Part shown: piece by piece, positions 10,516 to 19,463 of the stretch
Layout: each line of letters begins with the position of its first letter
How positions within the stretch are numbered: position 1 is the stretch's first letter
IMG/VR virus record: IMGVR_UViG_3300033067_001517
Location: 1 to 41,850 of that record
Length of the DNA: 41,850 bases
Origin: a virus
Taxonomy: Duplodnaviria > Caudoviricetes
Direction: 5' to 3' (one strand)
The notes under the pieces: generated by a model
Databases searched by the model: none
Seen by the model: the letters and a program-made list of their open reading frames with translations, nothing else
What the model was told of the DNA's origin: nothing
Program-made: the position numbers and the translations under genes

Positions 10516-13265
10516 TGTCAGAGCCCACCAAGACAGTTGAAGGCCTATCCGGACTACCTTTCAAGGTTCAGCCCGGTCAGGAGCAGTCTGCGTCCGCAGC
10601 TGGCATCAAGGCCATGGACCCGGAGCAGGCCGCTAAGGAGCGGCAGGCCTGGGACTACATGCATGAAATGGATGACAAGTCGTCCATTGGCAAGGCAGCT
10701 GTCGGTGCGTTCAGTGGTCTCACCCTGGGTCTTGGTCCCGCAGCCCTGGCCAGCATGGGCCTTGTGGACCGACACCGCCTTGAGGCCCTCCAGGCGGGCA
10801 GCACTGCGTTCGGAATCGGAGACGTTGCCGGCATGGTGGCCCCGGCAGTCCTTACCGGTGGAGAGAGCCTTGCCGCAGAGGGTGCCGTTGCCGGCGCTGA
10901 GCGGGGCGCAGGGAGCGTTATTGGGCGAGCCCTGGCCGCAACACCTTCCGGTCTCCTAACGCGCGCAGGGGCCGGCGCAGAGGCCCTGGCGGGACGACTC
11001 CTTCCTGAGGCCGGGGTCATGGGCAAGATTGCCCGTCCCGCCTTCCAGATGGCTGCCCGTGGTGGTGCTGAAGGCGCCCTTATCAGCATGGCGCACACCG
11101 CCTCTGACAGCATGACGTACGACAAGCCGCTGGCCTGGTCGTCCATGGTGTCTTCTGGCGTTGACGGGGCCCTCCTTGGTGGTCTTCTTGGGGCCGGAGC
11201 GGGAGCCCTATCTGGTGGCTTCTCGGCCCTTAGCAGTGGCGTGGTCGGCATCGGTGCCGGGCGCGGTGGGGAGGCTTCTGCCGGCAAGGTGCTTCGTCGC
11301 CTTGGGGCAAGCGAGGAGAAGGCGGCAGCACTTGGTTCGCGTGAGGGTGGAACGATTGGCAGCGTCAAGGCATTCCATGACATTCTGGATTCGCAGGGTG
11401 AGAGCTTTGCGTCTAAGACCCCGCAGGTCCTAGCTGCTGCCAAGAAGGCAGGGACCAACGCCGAAGTCCTGTCTGAGGGAATCATCAAGGACCTGGACAA
11501 GGAGGCCCCCGGCTGGGTGCCCCGTCAGGAGCGAGTTGCTGGTCGTATCCAGACCGACCTGGATGGCAAGTACCTACAGACGTTCCGAAACGAAGAGGCC
11601 CAGAAGCTTGGTGGTTCCATCAATGAGCGCCTTGGCCAGCTTCAGGTCAACCCGCTTGAGCCTCCCGCTCCGTTCGCTGAGCCTGCGCCGTCCTGGGACG
11701 TGCAGCCGTACGGCGTGAAGCAGCCCAAGTACAAGGAATTTGCCAAGACGTTTGAGGAGAAGCCATTCTCAAAGCAGGCTCCTATACAGGGTAAGTTTGA
11801 CGAGACCGGCCGCCTGAAGTTCGGCGCAGATACGGCCAAATACAACCTTGATAGAGAGGCCCATGTTGCTGAGCAGACCAAGCTGGGCAAGGAGTTTGCT
11901 GCTGCCAAGGAGGCTCATTACGGGGAGCAGAACCGCCTTCAGAGTGAGTGGTCGGCGGCCAACGAGGCCCACATCAAGGAGCAGGAGGCCGTCCAGGACC
12001 GATATCTGACCGCCAAGAAGCTGTACGAAGAGGCTGCCGTTGCCACCCCTAAGCCGGGTGCAACATGGGAGGCATGGGCCAAGAGCCGCTCTCAGCTTCA
12101 GGACCTTGTGGACACTGCACGTGGAACCGTCAAGGAGGACGTTTACCGTACCGCCCTGAACGCCATGGACAGCGAAATCCGCATGGCGATGGAGGAGGCT
12201 GGCCAGGCCATCGGCAAGGAGGGTATCTCCGAGTCGTACCACGGCGCCCTGATGACCAAGAAAATCTCCAAGGAACTGGAGGAAATGGTTGCTGGCAGGC
12301 TTGCGAAGGAGACAGTTGCTGGCAAGGGAATCCACCTCACAAGTCCTGACCTGGGGGCCCTTGCCTACAGCACTCTGGGTGGACATCCGTTTGGCGGCGC
12401 GGTTATCGTCGCCGGAAAGAAGATTGCCAAGCACGTCCAGGAGAGCCTGGAGCCTGCAATGGCAGAGGCGGCGTACCGTGCAGCCATCGGCGCCGAAGCT
12501 GGCTCTGCCGTCATCAAGACGGGTCAGCGCATTGACAAGGCTATCGGCAAGTTCCTTGGCGTTACCGCCCGTGTGGGCGTTGCTGAGGAGAATGAGCGGG
12601 CCGCACCTCCGCTAAAGTACACCCGCAAGGAGTTTGAGGCTGCCCTTGCCCGCACTCAGCAGCTTACCAGCCCTGAGCATGAGGCTGCCGTGCTGAAGTT
12701 CTCCGGCCAGCTTGATGCCGCTGGCCATCCGGAGCTTGCCCAGCAGGCCATTGAGCAGTACCAGCTTGCGGCTAACTACATGCGCTACAACATGCCCAAG
12801 GGTAAGCAACTGAAGCAGGCTGGCAGCCTTGGAAAGGTGCCCACCGCCATCGGCCTGAACACAGAGGAAATGAAGTGGCTCCGAAAGGACCGCGCGGTGA
12901 AGTACCCCACCTCCATCCTTGACGACCTACTGAAGGGCAACGTGTCCAGGGATGCCGTAAAGGCCATCAAAACCACCGCCCCACATCTACACAGCGCCAT
13001 CGTTGAGCGTGCCCATGGCATGCTTATGGCGGTCAAGGAGGAGGGTAAGTTCGTACCCGCAGACAAGGTCGCCATGATTGGCCTGATTCTTGATTCTCCT
13101 GTGGACAGCACCCTGCAAAAGGGCTTTATTGACAAGGTGCAGGCAGCACTAGCAGCCAACGCCCAGCCCCAGCCCAAGCCTGACGAGCAGCAGCAGGGCG
13201 GAGCCGCTCCGATTACCGACTCTTCAAGTTTCCAGACACCAACCCAAAGCGCACTACAGGCATAA
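10515..13265 (+). CDS. Putative large ejection / DNA-transfer protein (916 aa)
   Basis: GTG start overlapping TAG; Gly/Ala-rich hydrophobic N-terminal third (GALLGGLLGAGAGALSGG). Confidence 0.55.
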   Translation: MSEPTKTVEGLSGLPFKVQPGQEQSASAAGIKAMDPEQAAKERQAWDYMHEMDDKSSIGKAAVGAFSGLTLGLGPAALASMGLVDRHRLEALQAGSTAFGIGDVAGMVAPAVLTGGESLAAEGAVAGAERGAGSVIGRALAATPSGLLTRAGAGAEALAGRLLPEAGVMGKIARPAFQMAARGGAEGALISMAHTASDSMTYDKPLAWSSMVSSGVDGALLGGLLGAGAGALSGGFSALSSGVVGIGAGRGGEASAGKVLRRLGASEEKAAALGSREGGTIGSVKAFHDILDSQGESFASKTPQVLAAAKKAGTNAEVLSEGIIKDLDKEAPGWVPRQERVAGRIQTDLDGKYLQTFRNEEAQKLGGSINERLGQLQVNPLEPPAPFAEPAPSWDVQPYGVKQPKYKEFAKTFEEKPFSKQAPIQGKFDETGRLKFGADTAKYNLDREAHVAEQTKLGKEFAAAKEAHYGEQNRLQSEWSAANEAHIKEQEAVQDRYLTAKKLYEEAAVATPKPGATWEAWAKSRSQLQDLVDTARGTVKEDVYRTALNAMDSEIRMAMEEAGQAIGKEGISESYHGALMTKKISKELEEMVAGRLAKETVAGKGIHLTSPDLGALAYSTLGGHPFGGAVIVAGKKIAKHVQESLEPAMAEAAYRAAIGAEAGSAVIKTGQRIDKAIGKFLGVTARVGVAEENERAAPPLKYTRKEFEAALARTQQLTSPEHEAAVLKFSGQLDAAGHPELAQQAIEQYQLAANYMRYNMPKGKQLKQAGSLGKVPTAIGLNTEEMKWLRKDRAVKYPTSILDDLLKGNVSRDAVKAIKTTAPHLHSAIVERAHGMLMAVKEEGKFVPADKVAMIGLILDSPVDSTLQKGFIDKVQAALAANAQPQPKPDEQQQGGAAPITDSSSFQTPTQSALQA

Positions 13266-13673
13266 ATGAGCACCCACATCGACAGAGCGTCAATCAACTA
13301 TCCGCCCAGGTCTCTGGCCACGGACCCGGCGCAGGCCTGGTATAGTGCTGCCACCGCGCTTGCGGCAACTTCTACTAACCTATGGAGCGCATTTGTTCCG
13401 GATGGATACACTGGTGCCCAGCCGCCCCCCGGCAAGGTGTGGGTTGAGCTACAGGCCACCGGATTCGATGTCTACGTCCGATTCGCCCGAACCGGAACCA
13501 CCGCAACCACCGCCGCGAACGGTTCCCTAATCAGGGTCAACCCGGGAAGTAACGACAACAAGTTCTACATTGACCCCACTAAGGACCTATTCCTTGACCA
13601 TATCAGCCCCGGTGGCGTTGGGGTCATCAAGTGGCGCGTGTGTAGCCCTATTGGCGAGCGGACCAGGGTGTAA
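13266..13673 (+). CDS. Hypothetical protein (possible minor virion protein)
   Basis: 135 aa ORF abutting previous stop. Confidence 0.5.
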   Translation: MSTHIDRASINYPPRSLATDPAQAWYSAATALAATSTNLWSAFVPDGYTGAQPPPGKVWVELQATGFDVYVRFARTGTTATTAANGSLIRVNPGSNDNKFYIDPTKDLFLDHISPGGVGVIKWRVCSPIGERTRV

Positions 13674-13674
13674 T

Positions 13675-14310
13675 ATGAGGCTTCTTCATGCGCTTGTGAT
13701 GGTGGCTGCGATGTTCCTGACCATGGGATGCTCGCACTTTGACATCCGGAGCCTTTCTCCGGGTTTCACCGACCCCAAGGCCCCCAGCCTTGTTATCCAC
13801 ATGGATACGGCCTTTACTGCACCGGAGAGAGCCGATGCGGCAAGGGCCGTTGACGTTTGGAAGGCCCAGACTAGCGGGCTTGCCAACATCAAGCTTGTGT
13901 ACGACCTAGACTTTGACGACCTAATCAGCATGCAGCGGCTTGTTGATGAAAAGGCCAATCTAGTCGTTCGCTACGAGTCGGGCATGCGGGCCGTTGATGC
14001 GGCCGATGAGGAGGCCGACTGCGAGGGCTGTGTCCTTGGCTGGATGACCGCTGGTGGCCTTCATAACCCCAAAGGCAGTCCCGTCGTTGGCGGCTTCGTT
14101 GTGGACCGAATCTCTGCACCTGGAATCCAGCTTCAGGTGATGCTGCATGAGTTTGGGCATGCGCTTGGTCTGACTCACGTTCCGTCCAAACAGTCCATCA
14201 TGTACCCCAGCGTTCACCCTGGACGCACCGCCTGTCTAAAGCAAGCCGACCTGACCGCTTTTTGCGAAGTGAACGTCTGTAATGGTGCTACTATGCACCC
14301 TTGTGAATAG
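13675..14310 (+). CDS. Metzincin (matrixin/M10-like) zinc metalloprotease, probable lipoprotein
   Basis: HEFGHALGLTH zinc motif plus SIMYP Met-turn; ATG at 13675 gives signal MRLLHALVMVAAMFLTMGC. Confidence 0.8.
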   Translation: MRLLHALVMVAAMFLTMGCSHFDIRSLSPGFTDPKAPSLVIHMDTAFTAPERADAARAVDVWKAQTSGLANIKLVYDLDFDDLISMQRLVDEKANLVVRYESGMRAVDAADEEADCEGCVLGWMTAGGLHNPKGSPVVGGFVVDRISAPGIQLQVMLHEFGHALGLTHVPSKQSIMYPSVHPGRTACLKQADLTAFCEVNVCNGATMHPCE

Positions 14311-14318
14311 GAGCACAC

Positions 14319-14507
14319 ATGTCTGAAGACCTTTCCCCCAAGCTAAACATCGATGCAACCAAGGCAATCGTCTTCTGCGTTGTGTTCATCGGCGTCGTAG
14401 TCCTCATTGCCTTCGGCAAGCTGGACTCGGAATACCTCAAGTACCTGCTTGCCTGGCTAATCCCTGGCCCGATGAACTTTGAGCCCAAGAAAGAAGAGGC
14501 TAAGTAA
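14319..14507 (+). CDS. Small membrane protein, possible holin
   Basis: AGGAG RBS; hydrophobic AIVFCVVFIGVVVLIAF segment, charged C-terminus. Confidence 0.4.
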   Translation: MSEDLSPKLNIDATKAIVFCVVFIGVVVLIAFGKLDSEYLKYLLAWLIPGPMNFEPKKEEAK

Positions 14508-14794
14508 TGGTTATCGTTGAATTCTCTCCCAAGAATCTATTCAAGGTGGCCAAGCGCTCCCTTGCCGGTCTTGTAGTTTTTACCGCCATCGCGGCCCTAG
14601 GAAGCTGTCACCTTGGCTGCTCTCCCGTAAAGGGCGCCGCTGAGGTTGAGGCTGCGTACACCGCAGAACTTACTGCGTGCTCGGCCACCGCCAAGACCCT
14701 TGCTGAGGCAAAGGCATGCCGAAAGGCAGTCAACACACGATACGGCCTCTGCGAATCCGCGCAGTGGCCCCGCATTACCCCCTGTGACGAGTAA
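14507..14794 (+). CDS. Membrane-anchored Cys-rich protein / possible lipoprotein (spanin-like?)
   Basis: Hydrophobic segment followed by LGSCHLGC; several Cys. Confidence 0.35.
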   Translation: MVIVEFSPKNLFKVAKRSLAGLVVFTAIAALGSCHLGCSPVKGAAEVEAAYTAELTACSATAKTLAEAKACRKAVNTRYGLCESAQWPRITPCDE

Positions 14795-14798
14795 TAAC

Positions 14799-14999
14799 AT
14801 GCCTGAAGATAAAGAGCTTTCTGTTGATGTGGTTGTGACCGAGCCGGCCAGCGTTGAGACGCACGCGCCCATGCACGATGAGGCGTACGCGCCCAAGCCT
14901 CCGTGTACTTGTGACGAAGACCAGCGTGTCCGTGGTGAGACGCTTCGCCGGCAGGCGGCCATTCATGCGGAGCTGTTCAGCGCAGGGGAGCGCACCTAG
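14799..14999 (+). CDS. Hypothetical protein (MPEDKELS..., 66 aa)
   Basis: ATG 4 nt after previous stop; TAGTG overlap with next ORF. Confidence 0.5.
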   Translation: MPEDKELSVDVVVTEPASVETHAPMHDEAYAPKPPCTCDEDQRVRGETLRRQAAIHAELFSAGERT

Positions 15000-15148
15000 T
15001 GGACCCTGCTACCATTGCCGTTGCCCTACTGAAGCTGGTTCTGGAACTTGTAGGCCATGAACAAGCAAAAGCATTACTTTCTCAGGAAGCTATCAACCGA
15101 GCGAATCTTGAGGCGGACGCAATTGAGGCGTACAGGGGCCTGAAGTAG
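14999..15148 (+). CDS. Small hypothetical protein (MDPATIAVALLKLVLELVG..., 49 aa; not in ORF track)
   Basis: GTG start and TAG stop both coupled by TAGTG overlaps; exactly fills the gap. Confidence 0.55.
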   Translation: MDPATIAVALLKLVLELVGHEQAKALLSQEAINRANLEADAIEAYRGLK

Positions 15149-15582
15149 TGGCGGGAAGAAAAAGTAAGACAGTTGACGGAATGAGACCGTGTCGCACGTG
15201 CGGCTCGGTCTTTCCTGTTTCTATGTTCCACCCATATGCTGCACCACGCATGGGCCACCACTCAGACTGTAAACCTTGCTCAAACAAGCTTTCTGTGGAA
15301 ACGAGAGCCAAGAACCGCAAAAGGTACTCAACCGTTGCCGCCGTTAGGCATGCAATGTCATATGGTTTCACAAAAGAAGAAGCCCTCCGTGTCGTTGAAA
15401 ACATGGAGGGCAAGTGTCAGATTTGTGGTCTTGTAAAGACCCTAGTTATTGACCATGACCACCATTCTGGTCTGGTTCGCGGCCTGATTTGTGGAAAGTG
15501 CAATTCGGTTCTAGGCATGGCTGACGACTGCATTGTGACTCTTCTTGCTGCAGCGGAGTATCTTCGGAAGGCTTCTTTTTGA
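15148..15582 (+). CDS. Endonuclease VII family (His-Me finger) nuclease, probably homing-type
   Basis: CQICG...LVIDHDHHSGLVRGLICGKCNSVLG motif, N-terminal CxxC pairs; AT-richer than flanks. Confidence 0.85.
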   Translation: MAGRKSKTVDGMRPCRTCGSVFPVSMFHPYAAPRMGHHSDCKPCSNKLSVETRAKNRKRYSTVAAVRHAMSYGFTKEEALRVVENMEGKCQICGLVKTLVIDHDHHSGLVRGLICGKCNSVLGMADDCIVTLLAAAEYLRKASF

Positions 15583-15667
15583 AGATTATATCCCACCTGT
15601 CCCTGTAGGACTGACCGCCATCCTTACCTGGGTAGACGGTGAATGATTTATTCAAATAGTCCGTCAT
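15446..15667 (-). CDS. Small phage protein (MTDYLNKSF...SYRDRWDIIFKKK)
   Basis: ATGA-coupled to lysozyme stop; 3' end overlaps endonuclease VII convergently. Confidence 0.45.
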   Translation of the reverse strand: MTDYLNKSFTVYPGKDGGQSYRDRWDIIFKKKPSEDTPLQQEESQCSRQPCLEPNCTFHKSGREPDQNGGHGQ

Positions 15668-16425
15668 GCCGCACCGCACGCAGACTGCTCGTAGGTGAGC
15701 GGGTGGACGATGCCACCAGAACCGGTCTCAGCCTCGTCAGGAACGACCTTGACGCCGCTAGGCTCCGAGTACCCAAGGAACCTCTGAAACGCCGCCTCAT
15801 CGCCAAGGAAGCGGTCCCTGTCGCAGTCCACGGGTACACCGGGAACCTTGCCACCGTTTCCGACGTACTGGTGGACCGTAGCCTCCTTCCACGGACGCGG
15901 AGGGGTAACCAGCTTGGGGTACGCCGCAAGGCACAGCGGGAAGCGCTCAAGCTCACCCAGGGTACCAAGGAACGGCTGTCGCTCCTGAGCAAAGAATGGG
16001 TAAGTGTATAGAATCGGCAATCTATCCACTTGGTCGTACCAGAGAGCTTCCGCAGCGCGGGCGGCCTCCAGCAACCAGCGGCAAGAGGCTGAAGGGGGGA
16101 TGGCGTATCCCTTGTCGTCATTCTTGGAGAACTCCCAGTCAATCATCGGAGGAAGCTCGCCAGGGTTCTTGCCCAGCCCTCCGCTGACCTTCAGGAAGTG
16201 CTCCATCTGCTTGGCAGGGTCGCTGCCGCAATAGCAGAAGTGGTACGCGCCGCAGTGGAGGCCGGCCTTGGTGGCCCGCTCCACGCCGACAGCAAACTCC
16301 GGGTCGGTTCCCGAACTGAACTGAGACGCCTTGAACCAGACGCCACGGATTCCCGAATCGCGAACCTTGTCAAAGTCCACACGGGCCAGGGCCTGGAGGC
16401 TACACATGTCTGCTAGCTCAATCAC
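15664..16425 (-). CDS. GH25 family lysozyme (muramidase), putative endolysin
   Basis: VDFDKVRDSGIRGVWFKAS, GAYHF, LPPMIDWE (DxE), HQY, VPGVPVDCDRDRF motifs. Confidence 0.85.
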   Translation of the reverse strand: MIELADMCSLQALARVDFDKVRDSGIRGVWFKASQFSSGTDPEFAVGVERATKAGLHCGAYHFCYCGSDPAKQMEHFLKVSGGLGKNPGELPPMIDWEFSKNDDKGYAIPPSASCRWLLEAARAAEALWYDQVDRLPILYTYPFFAQERQPFLGTLGELERFPLCLAAYPKLVTPPRPWKEATVHQYVGNGGKVPGVPVDCDRDRFLGDEAAFQRFLGYSEPSGVKVVPDEAETGSGGIVHPLTYEQSACGAA

Positions 16426-16505
16426 TTGCTGGACCTTTCCATGGCGTAGTATACAATCAGGCCGTAAACGGCGGCCGACGACAACACAACAGCTGCGACA
16501 ATCAT
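16422..16505 (-). CDS. 27-aa single-TM peptide (MIVAAVVLSSAAVYGLIVYYAMERSSK)
   Basis: ATGA/GTGA coupling on both sides; AGGAG RBS. Confidence 0.5.
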   Translation of the reverse strand: MIVAAVVLSSAAVYGLIVYYAMERSSK

Positions 16506-16576
16506 TCGTCTTCTCCTACATCGTAATACATGGCAATGAAGAATGTGATGATGCAGATGCCGATGAGGTGCATCAT
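16502..16576 (-). CDS. 24-aa hydrophobic peptide (MMHLIGICIITFFIAMYYDVGEDE)
   Basis: ATGA coupling on both sides. Confidence 0.45.
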   Translation of the reverse strand: MMHLIGICIITFFIAMYYDVGEDE

Positions 16577-16824
16577 TTGCAGCCCCGGCACGTGTAGGAG
16601 CCGTCAGGGGACAGGTGCTCACGCCCTGCGTAGTCGTTCTTGAACTTGCACTTGGTGCAAATCTGCGGGCCGATGGCCCCATCGTTCTTGTGCTTCAACT
16701 CTGCCTCACGGTCCCTTGCGATGGCCTTTTCAAGGTCCTCACGCGTGGGCCATTCAGGAATAAACGCCTTTCCGTACGGCCAGTACGGAACCTTCTCGGT
16801 ATCGGGCTCTACATCGTTGCTCAT
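16573..16824 (-). CDS. Small protein with C-terminal zinc ribbon (CTKC...CRGC)
   Basis: Two CxxC motifs; ATGA-coupled. Confidence 0.55.
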   Translation of the reverse strand: MSNDVEPDTEKVPYWPYGKAFIPEWPTREDLEKAIARDREAELKHKNDGAIGPQICTKCKFKNDYAGREHLSPDGSYTCRGCK

Positions 16825-17204
16825 TGTGCGTCTCTTTTCTGCTTCTCTCGGACGGCCTCCACAAGGACTTTGGTGAGGCTAAGGAGGTCCTCTTCTTGGA
16901 CCATGATTCCAGTGTAACCGTGGGATTCGGTCTTGCCAGCCTGTCGGTGCAGCTTTTCAACGTAGTAGTGACGATTCTTGTAGCTAACGCGGAATTGGTT
17001 GCCAGCAGCTTCGGGCTTGCCGAATGCCGCAGTGGACCACTCCTGCACGGTGAAAGCCTTCTCACGCATCCTGTCCGCGTCAGCGTCCATGGACACGCGC
17101 TCAGCCTTCTCCTCCTCCTCAATGGCCTCCGGCTTCTGTTCAGGAGCGTTGGCCCCGAACATGTCTACGGTGCACTCAGCCGCTGATGGCTTTTTTGGCT
17201 TCAT
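16821..17204 (-). CDS. Hypothetical protein
   Basis: 127 aa ORF in coupled minus-strand operon. Confidence 0.55.
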   Translation of the reverse strand: MKPKKPSAAECTVDMFGANAPEQKPEAIEEEEKAERVSMDADADRMREKAFTVQEWSTAAFGKPEAAGNQFRVSYKNRHYYVEKLHRQAGKTESHGYTGIMVQEEDLLSLTKVLVEAVREKQKRDAQ

Positions 17205-17466
17205 TTCTCTTAGCCCTCCGCGCCCTTTCCGACGCGTTTATCTTGTCCTTGTTGTTGGCCCTCCAGGCAGCCAGGGCGGCCTTCCTTGCGGGCCTCTTCT
17301 CGTACTCACGCTGGAACAGTCGCTTGGCCTCAAGCTCCTTCTCAGGGTTCCAGATTCCGAACCCAACCGCTCTGCGCTTTCCGTCCGTGTCCATCATGGT
17401 TGGCAGACCGCACCCATCAAGAAGCGCGAAGTGACCAGCAATGTCCTCACGCAGATTGTGCCACAT
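17176..17466 (-). CDS. Hypothetical protein with basic helical C-terminus
   Basis: 96 aa ORF in operon. Confidence 0.5.
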   Translation of the reverse strand: MWHNLREDIAGHFALLDGCGLPTMMDTDGKRRAVGFGIWNPEKELEAKRLFQREYEKRPARKAALAAWRANNKDKINASERARRAKRNEAKKAISG

Positions 17467-17468
17467 GG

Positions 17469-18002
17469 CTAGTAGGACTGCACTTTCTGGGACTTCACCT
17501 TCTCAACGAATGCGTGAAGGTCCTGCATTGATGACCGCTTTGCGGTACAGATTGTGAACTTCTCCTTACGGTCGCTATCGAAGGTATCGGAGAAGCTTAC
17601 AACAGAGCCTTCCGGCATCCACACGATGCTACCCGTAGCCCTGCTGACGATAAGGAAGTCCCTGCCAAGCACCTCAGACCAGCCCTTGCGTTCAAAACTC
17701 TTCTTGCTGCACAGGTTCACGTCATCATGCGGGTGAGAGACCGGGCCAAGGAACGTCAGATTGACGCTCTTTATCTCAATCTTCAACGGGTTACGGTTCT
17801 CATACCAGGCCTCCAGGTCCCAGGTCTGTCCGTGCTCCCGAACCTCGGTGTAGTTCTTGGCGATGGTGAAGGGATGGTGTAGTGTGTACAACCCCGCCCT
17901 GGACAGCACCGCAGCTACCCAGGCCTCCCAGAATGCAGCGCTATCGGCCCTGCGCTTGAAAGACTCAGAGACGACCTCAGACCCGCCCTTTGCGTAGCTC
18001 AT
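17469..18002 (-). CDS. Possible PD-(D/E)XK restriction-endonuclease-like protein
   Basis: WEAWVAAVL...WDLEAW...KIEIKS pattern fits E...D...ExK. Confidence 0.45.
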   Translation of the reverse strand: MSYAKGGSEVVSESFKRRADSAAFWEAWVAAVLSRAGLYTLHHPFTIAKNYTEVREHGQTWDLEAWYENRNPLKIEIKSVNLTFLGPVSHPHDDVNLCSKKSFERKGWSEVLGRDFLIVSRATGSIVWMPEGSVVSFSDTFDSDRKEKFTICTAKRSSMQDLHAFVEKVKSQKVQSY

Positions 18003-18199
18003 TCGTCGTACCCGTTGTCGTAGTCGCCCGGAACGAACTCGCCCTTGGCTTCGCGCTGGAGGCGCCGGATTCGTCGCTCATGGTCCCGCAGGTACTTGTC
18101 GTACGCCTTAGCCTTTTGGGGGTTGACCGCCTGTTCATGCCAGAACGCTGCCTCGCCCTCTTCATTCCGGTTAGCCTTAGGAAAAACTCGCTTGCTCAT
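17999..18199 (-). CDS. Hypothetical protein (MSKRVFPK..., 66 aa)
   Basis: ATG at 18199 avoids overlap with divergent gene; ATGA-coupled downstream. Confidence 0.5.
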   Translation of the reverse strand: MSKRVFPKANRNEEGEAAFWHEQAVNPQKAKAYDKYLRDHERRIRRLQREAKGEFVPGDYDNGYDE

Positions 18200-18273
18200 G
18201 TTCCTGATGATTGCACCAAAAAAACTCAACGCAAGCCCTTGCGGGCAGAAAAACAGTGACGATGGTGGCTGAT

Positions 18274-18504
18274 ATGGAAGACGAAGACCTTCTTGGACTG
18301 ATTGCCATCTGGCATGACCTGGGACCGCGTGAGAGGCGCGTGTTTGCGACAATCGGCGTAAGGCTGCTTGCTGGACAGGTGGCGTACGGTAAACTCACTC
18401 CGCGCAAGAAGAGGTGGATGAAGGAGGCACAGGAGGAGGCTATGGACATGGCGGTGTACCTTGCGGCTCAGCTTGAAGATGAGCTTGATGGGGATGACAA
18501 GTGA
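18274..18504 (+). CDS. Small helical phage protein, possibly all-alpha NTP pyrophosphatase-like
   Basis: GQVAYG...WMKEAQEEAMDMAVYL (EExxD) pattern; start could also be 18256 or 18262. Confidence 0.4.
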   Translation: MEDEDLLGLIAIWHDLGPRERRVFATIGVRLLAGQVAYGKLTPRKKRWMKEAQEEAMDMAVYLAAQLEDELDGDDK

Positions 18505-19463
18505 GGGAGCCCGGAGACGACGAAGAGGAGGACGAAAACTTCTCCAACGGCGACTCGGACGACGACGACGACGGTACGGACGTGGTGGACCAAGTCATCA
18601 AGGACTTCCTTGAGAGGTGCAAGGGTGAGGGTCCGCGTGAGCTTAGTACCGGCATTACTGCGCTAGACCGTGCCATTATCGGGCTAAGGCCCAAGAAGGT
18701 CATGGTCATTGCTGCCCGTCCGGGCATGGGAAAGACGGCACTATCGGCAAGCATCAGGCGTGCTGTGGTGGCACAGGACGTAGTGGTGCTGGACTTCAAC
18801 CTGGAAATGGGCAAGGAGGAGATTGGTGAGCGTGAGCTTGCATTCCAGGCCCAGGTCAACCTTCGCAAGGTCATGGCCGCCAAGGAGGTTACGGACGACG
18901 AGGTGGCCCGTATCCGTGGCACAGAAGGCTTCCTGAAGCGTGGCATGTGGTGGGTGTACGACACCTGCTTTGCCATGGACGACATTATCCGCAAGTGCCG
19001 ACAGGCCAAGAAGCGCGCCAAGAAAGAGGGCAAGCGGATTGGGCTCATCGTCATTGACTACCTTCAGCTGCTTGGTGACGTTGGCTCAGAGGGGCGCCAG
19101 CAGAGCGTCTCCGCGTGCTCCCGCATGACCAAGCTGCTTGCGAAGGAAATGGACTGCGCGGTCATCGCACTCAGCCAGCTGAACCGCAACTGTGAGTACA
19201 GGGACGACAAGCGCCCACTCATGGCTGACCTGCGTGAGTCTGGCAGCATTGAGCAGGATGCCGACATTGTGGCCTTCATCTACAGGGATTGGGTCTACAA
19301 CCAATCGTCCCCCATAGACGAGGCAGAAATCATCATCAGGAAGAATCGCGCTGGCCCGCTAGGTGTGGTCAGGGTCAGGTTCAACCCCAAGACGACCCAC
19401 TTTGACGACCACCCACCCAAGGTCATCATCAACGTTGGCGGGCATGAAGGGGTATCCAATTGA
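18501..19463 (+). CDS. dnaB: DnaB-like replicative helicase, C-terminal ATPase domain only
   Basis: ARPGMGKT Walker A, IVIDYLQL, LSQLNR, DLRESGSIEQDAD, KNRAG. Confidence 0.9.
   Translation: MREPGDDEEEDENFSNGDSDDDDDGTDVVDQVIKDFLERCKGEGPRELSTGITALDRAIIGLRPKKVMVIAARPGMGKTALSASIRRAVVAQDVVVLDFNLEMGKEEIGERELAFQAQVNLRKVMAAKEVTDDEVARIRGTEGFLKRGMWWVYDTCFAMDDIIRKCRQAKKRAKKEGKRIGLIVIDYLQLLGDVGSEGRQQSVSACSRMTKLLAKEMDCAVIALSQLNRNCEYRDDKRPLMADLRESGSIEQDADIVAFIYRDWVYNQSSPIDEAEIIIRKNRAGPLGVVRVRFNPKTTHFDDHPPKVIINVGGHEGVSN

Noticed and set aside
9166-13297. Several long antisense ORFs (e.g. 9166-9840, 10655-11500, 11769-12434)
   Set aside because: Shadow frames of long GC-rich genes
13570-13674. Longer TTG start for the protease in the ORF track
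   Set aside because: Overlaps the upstream gene; ATG 13675 gives a clean signal peptide
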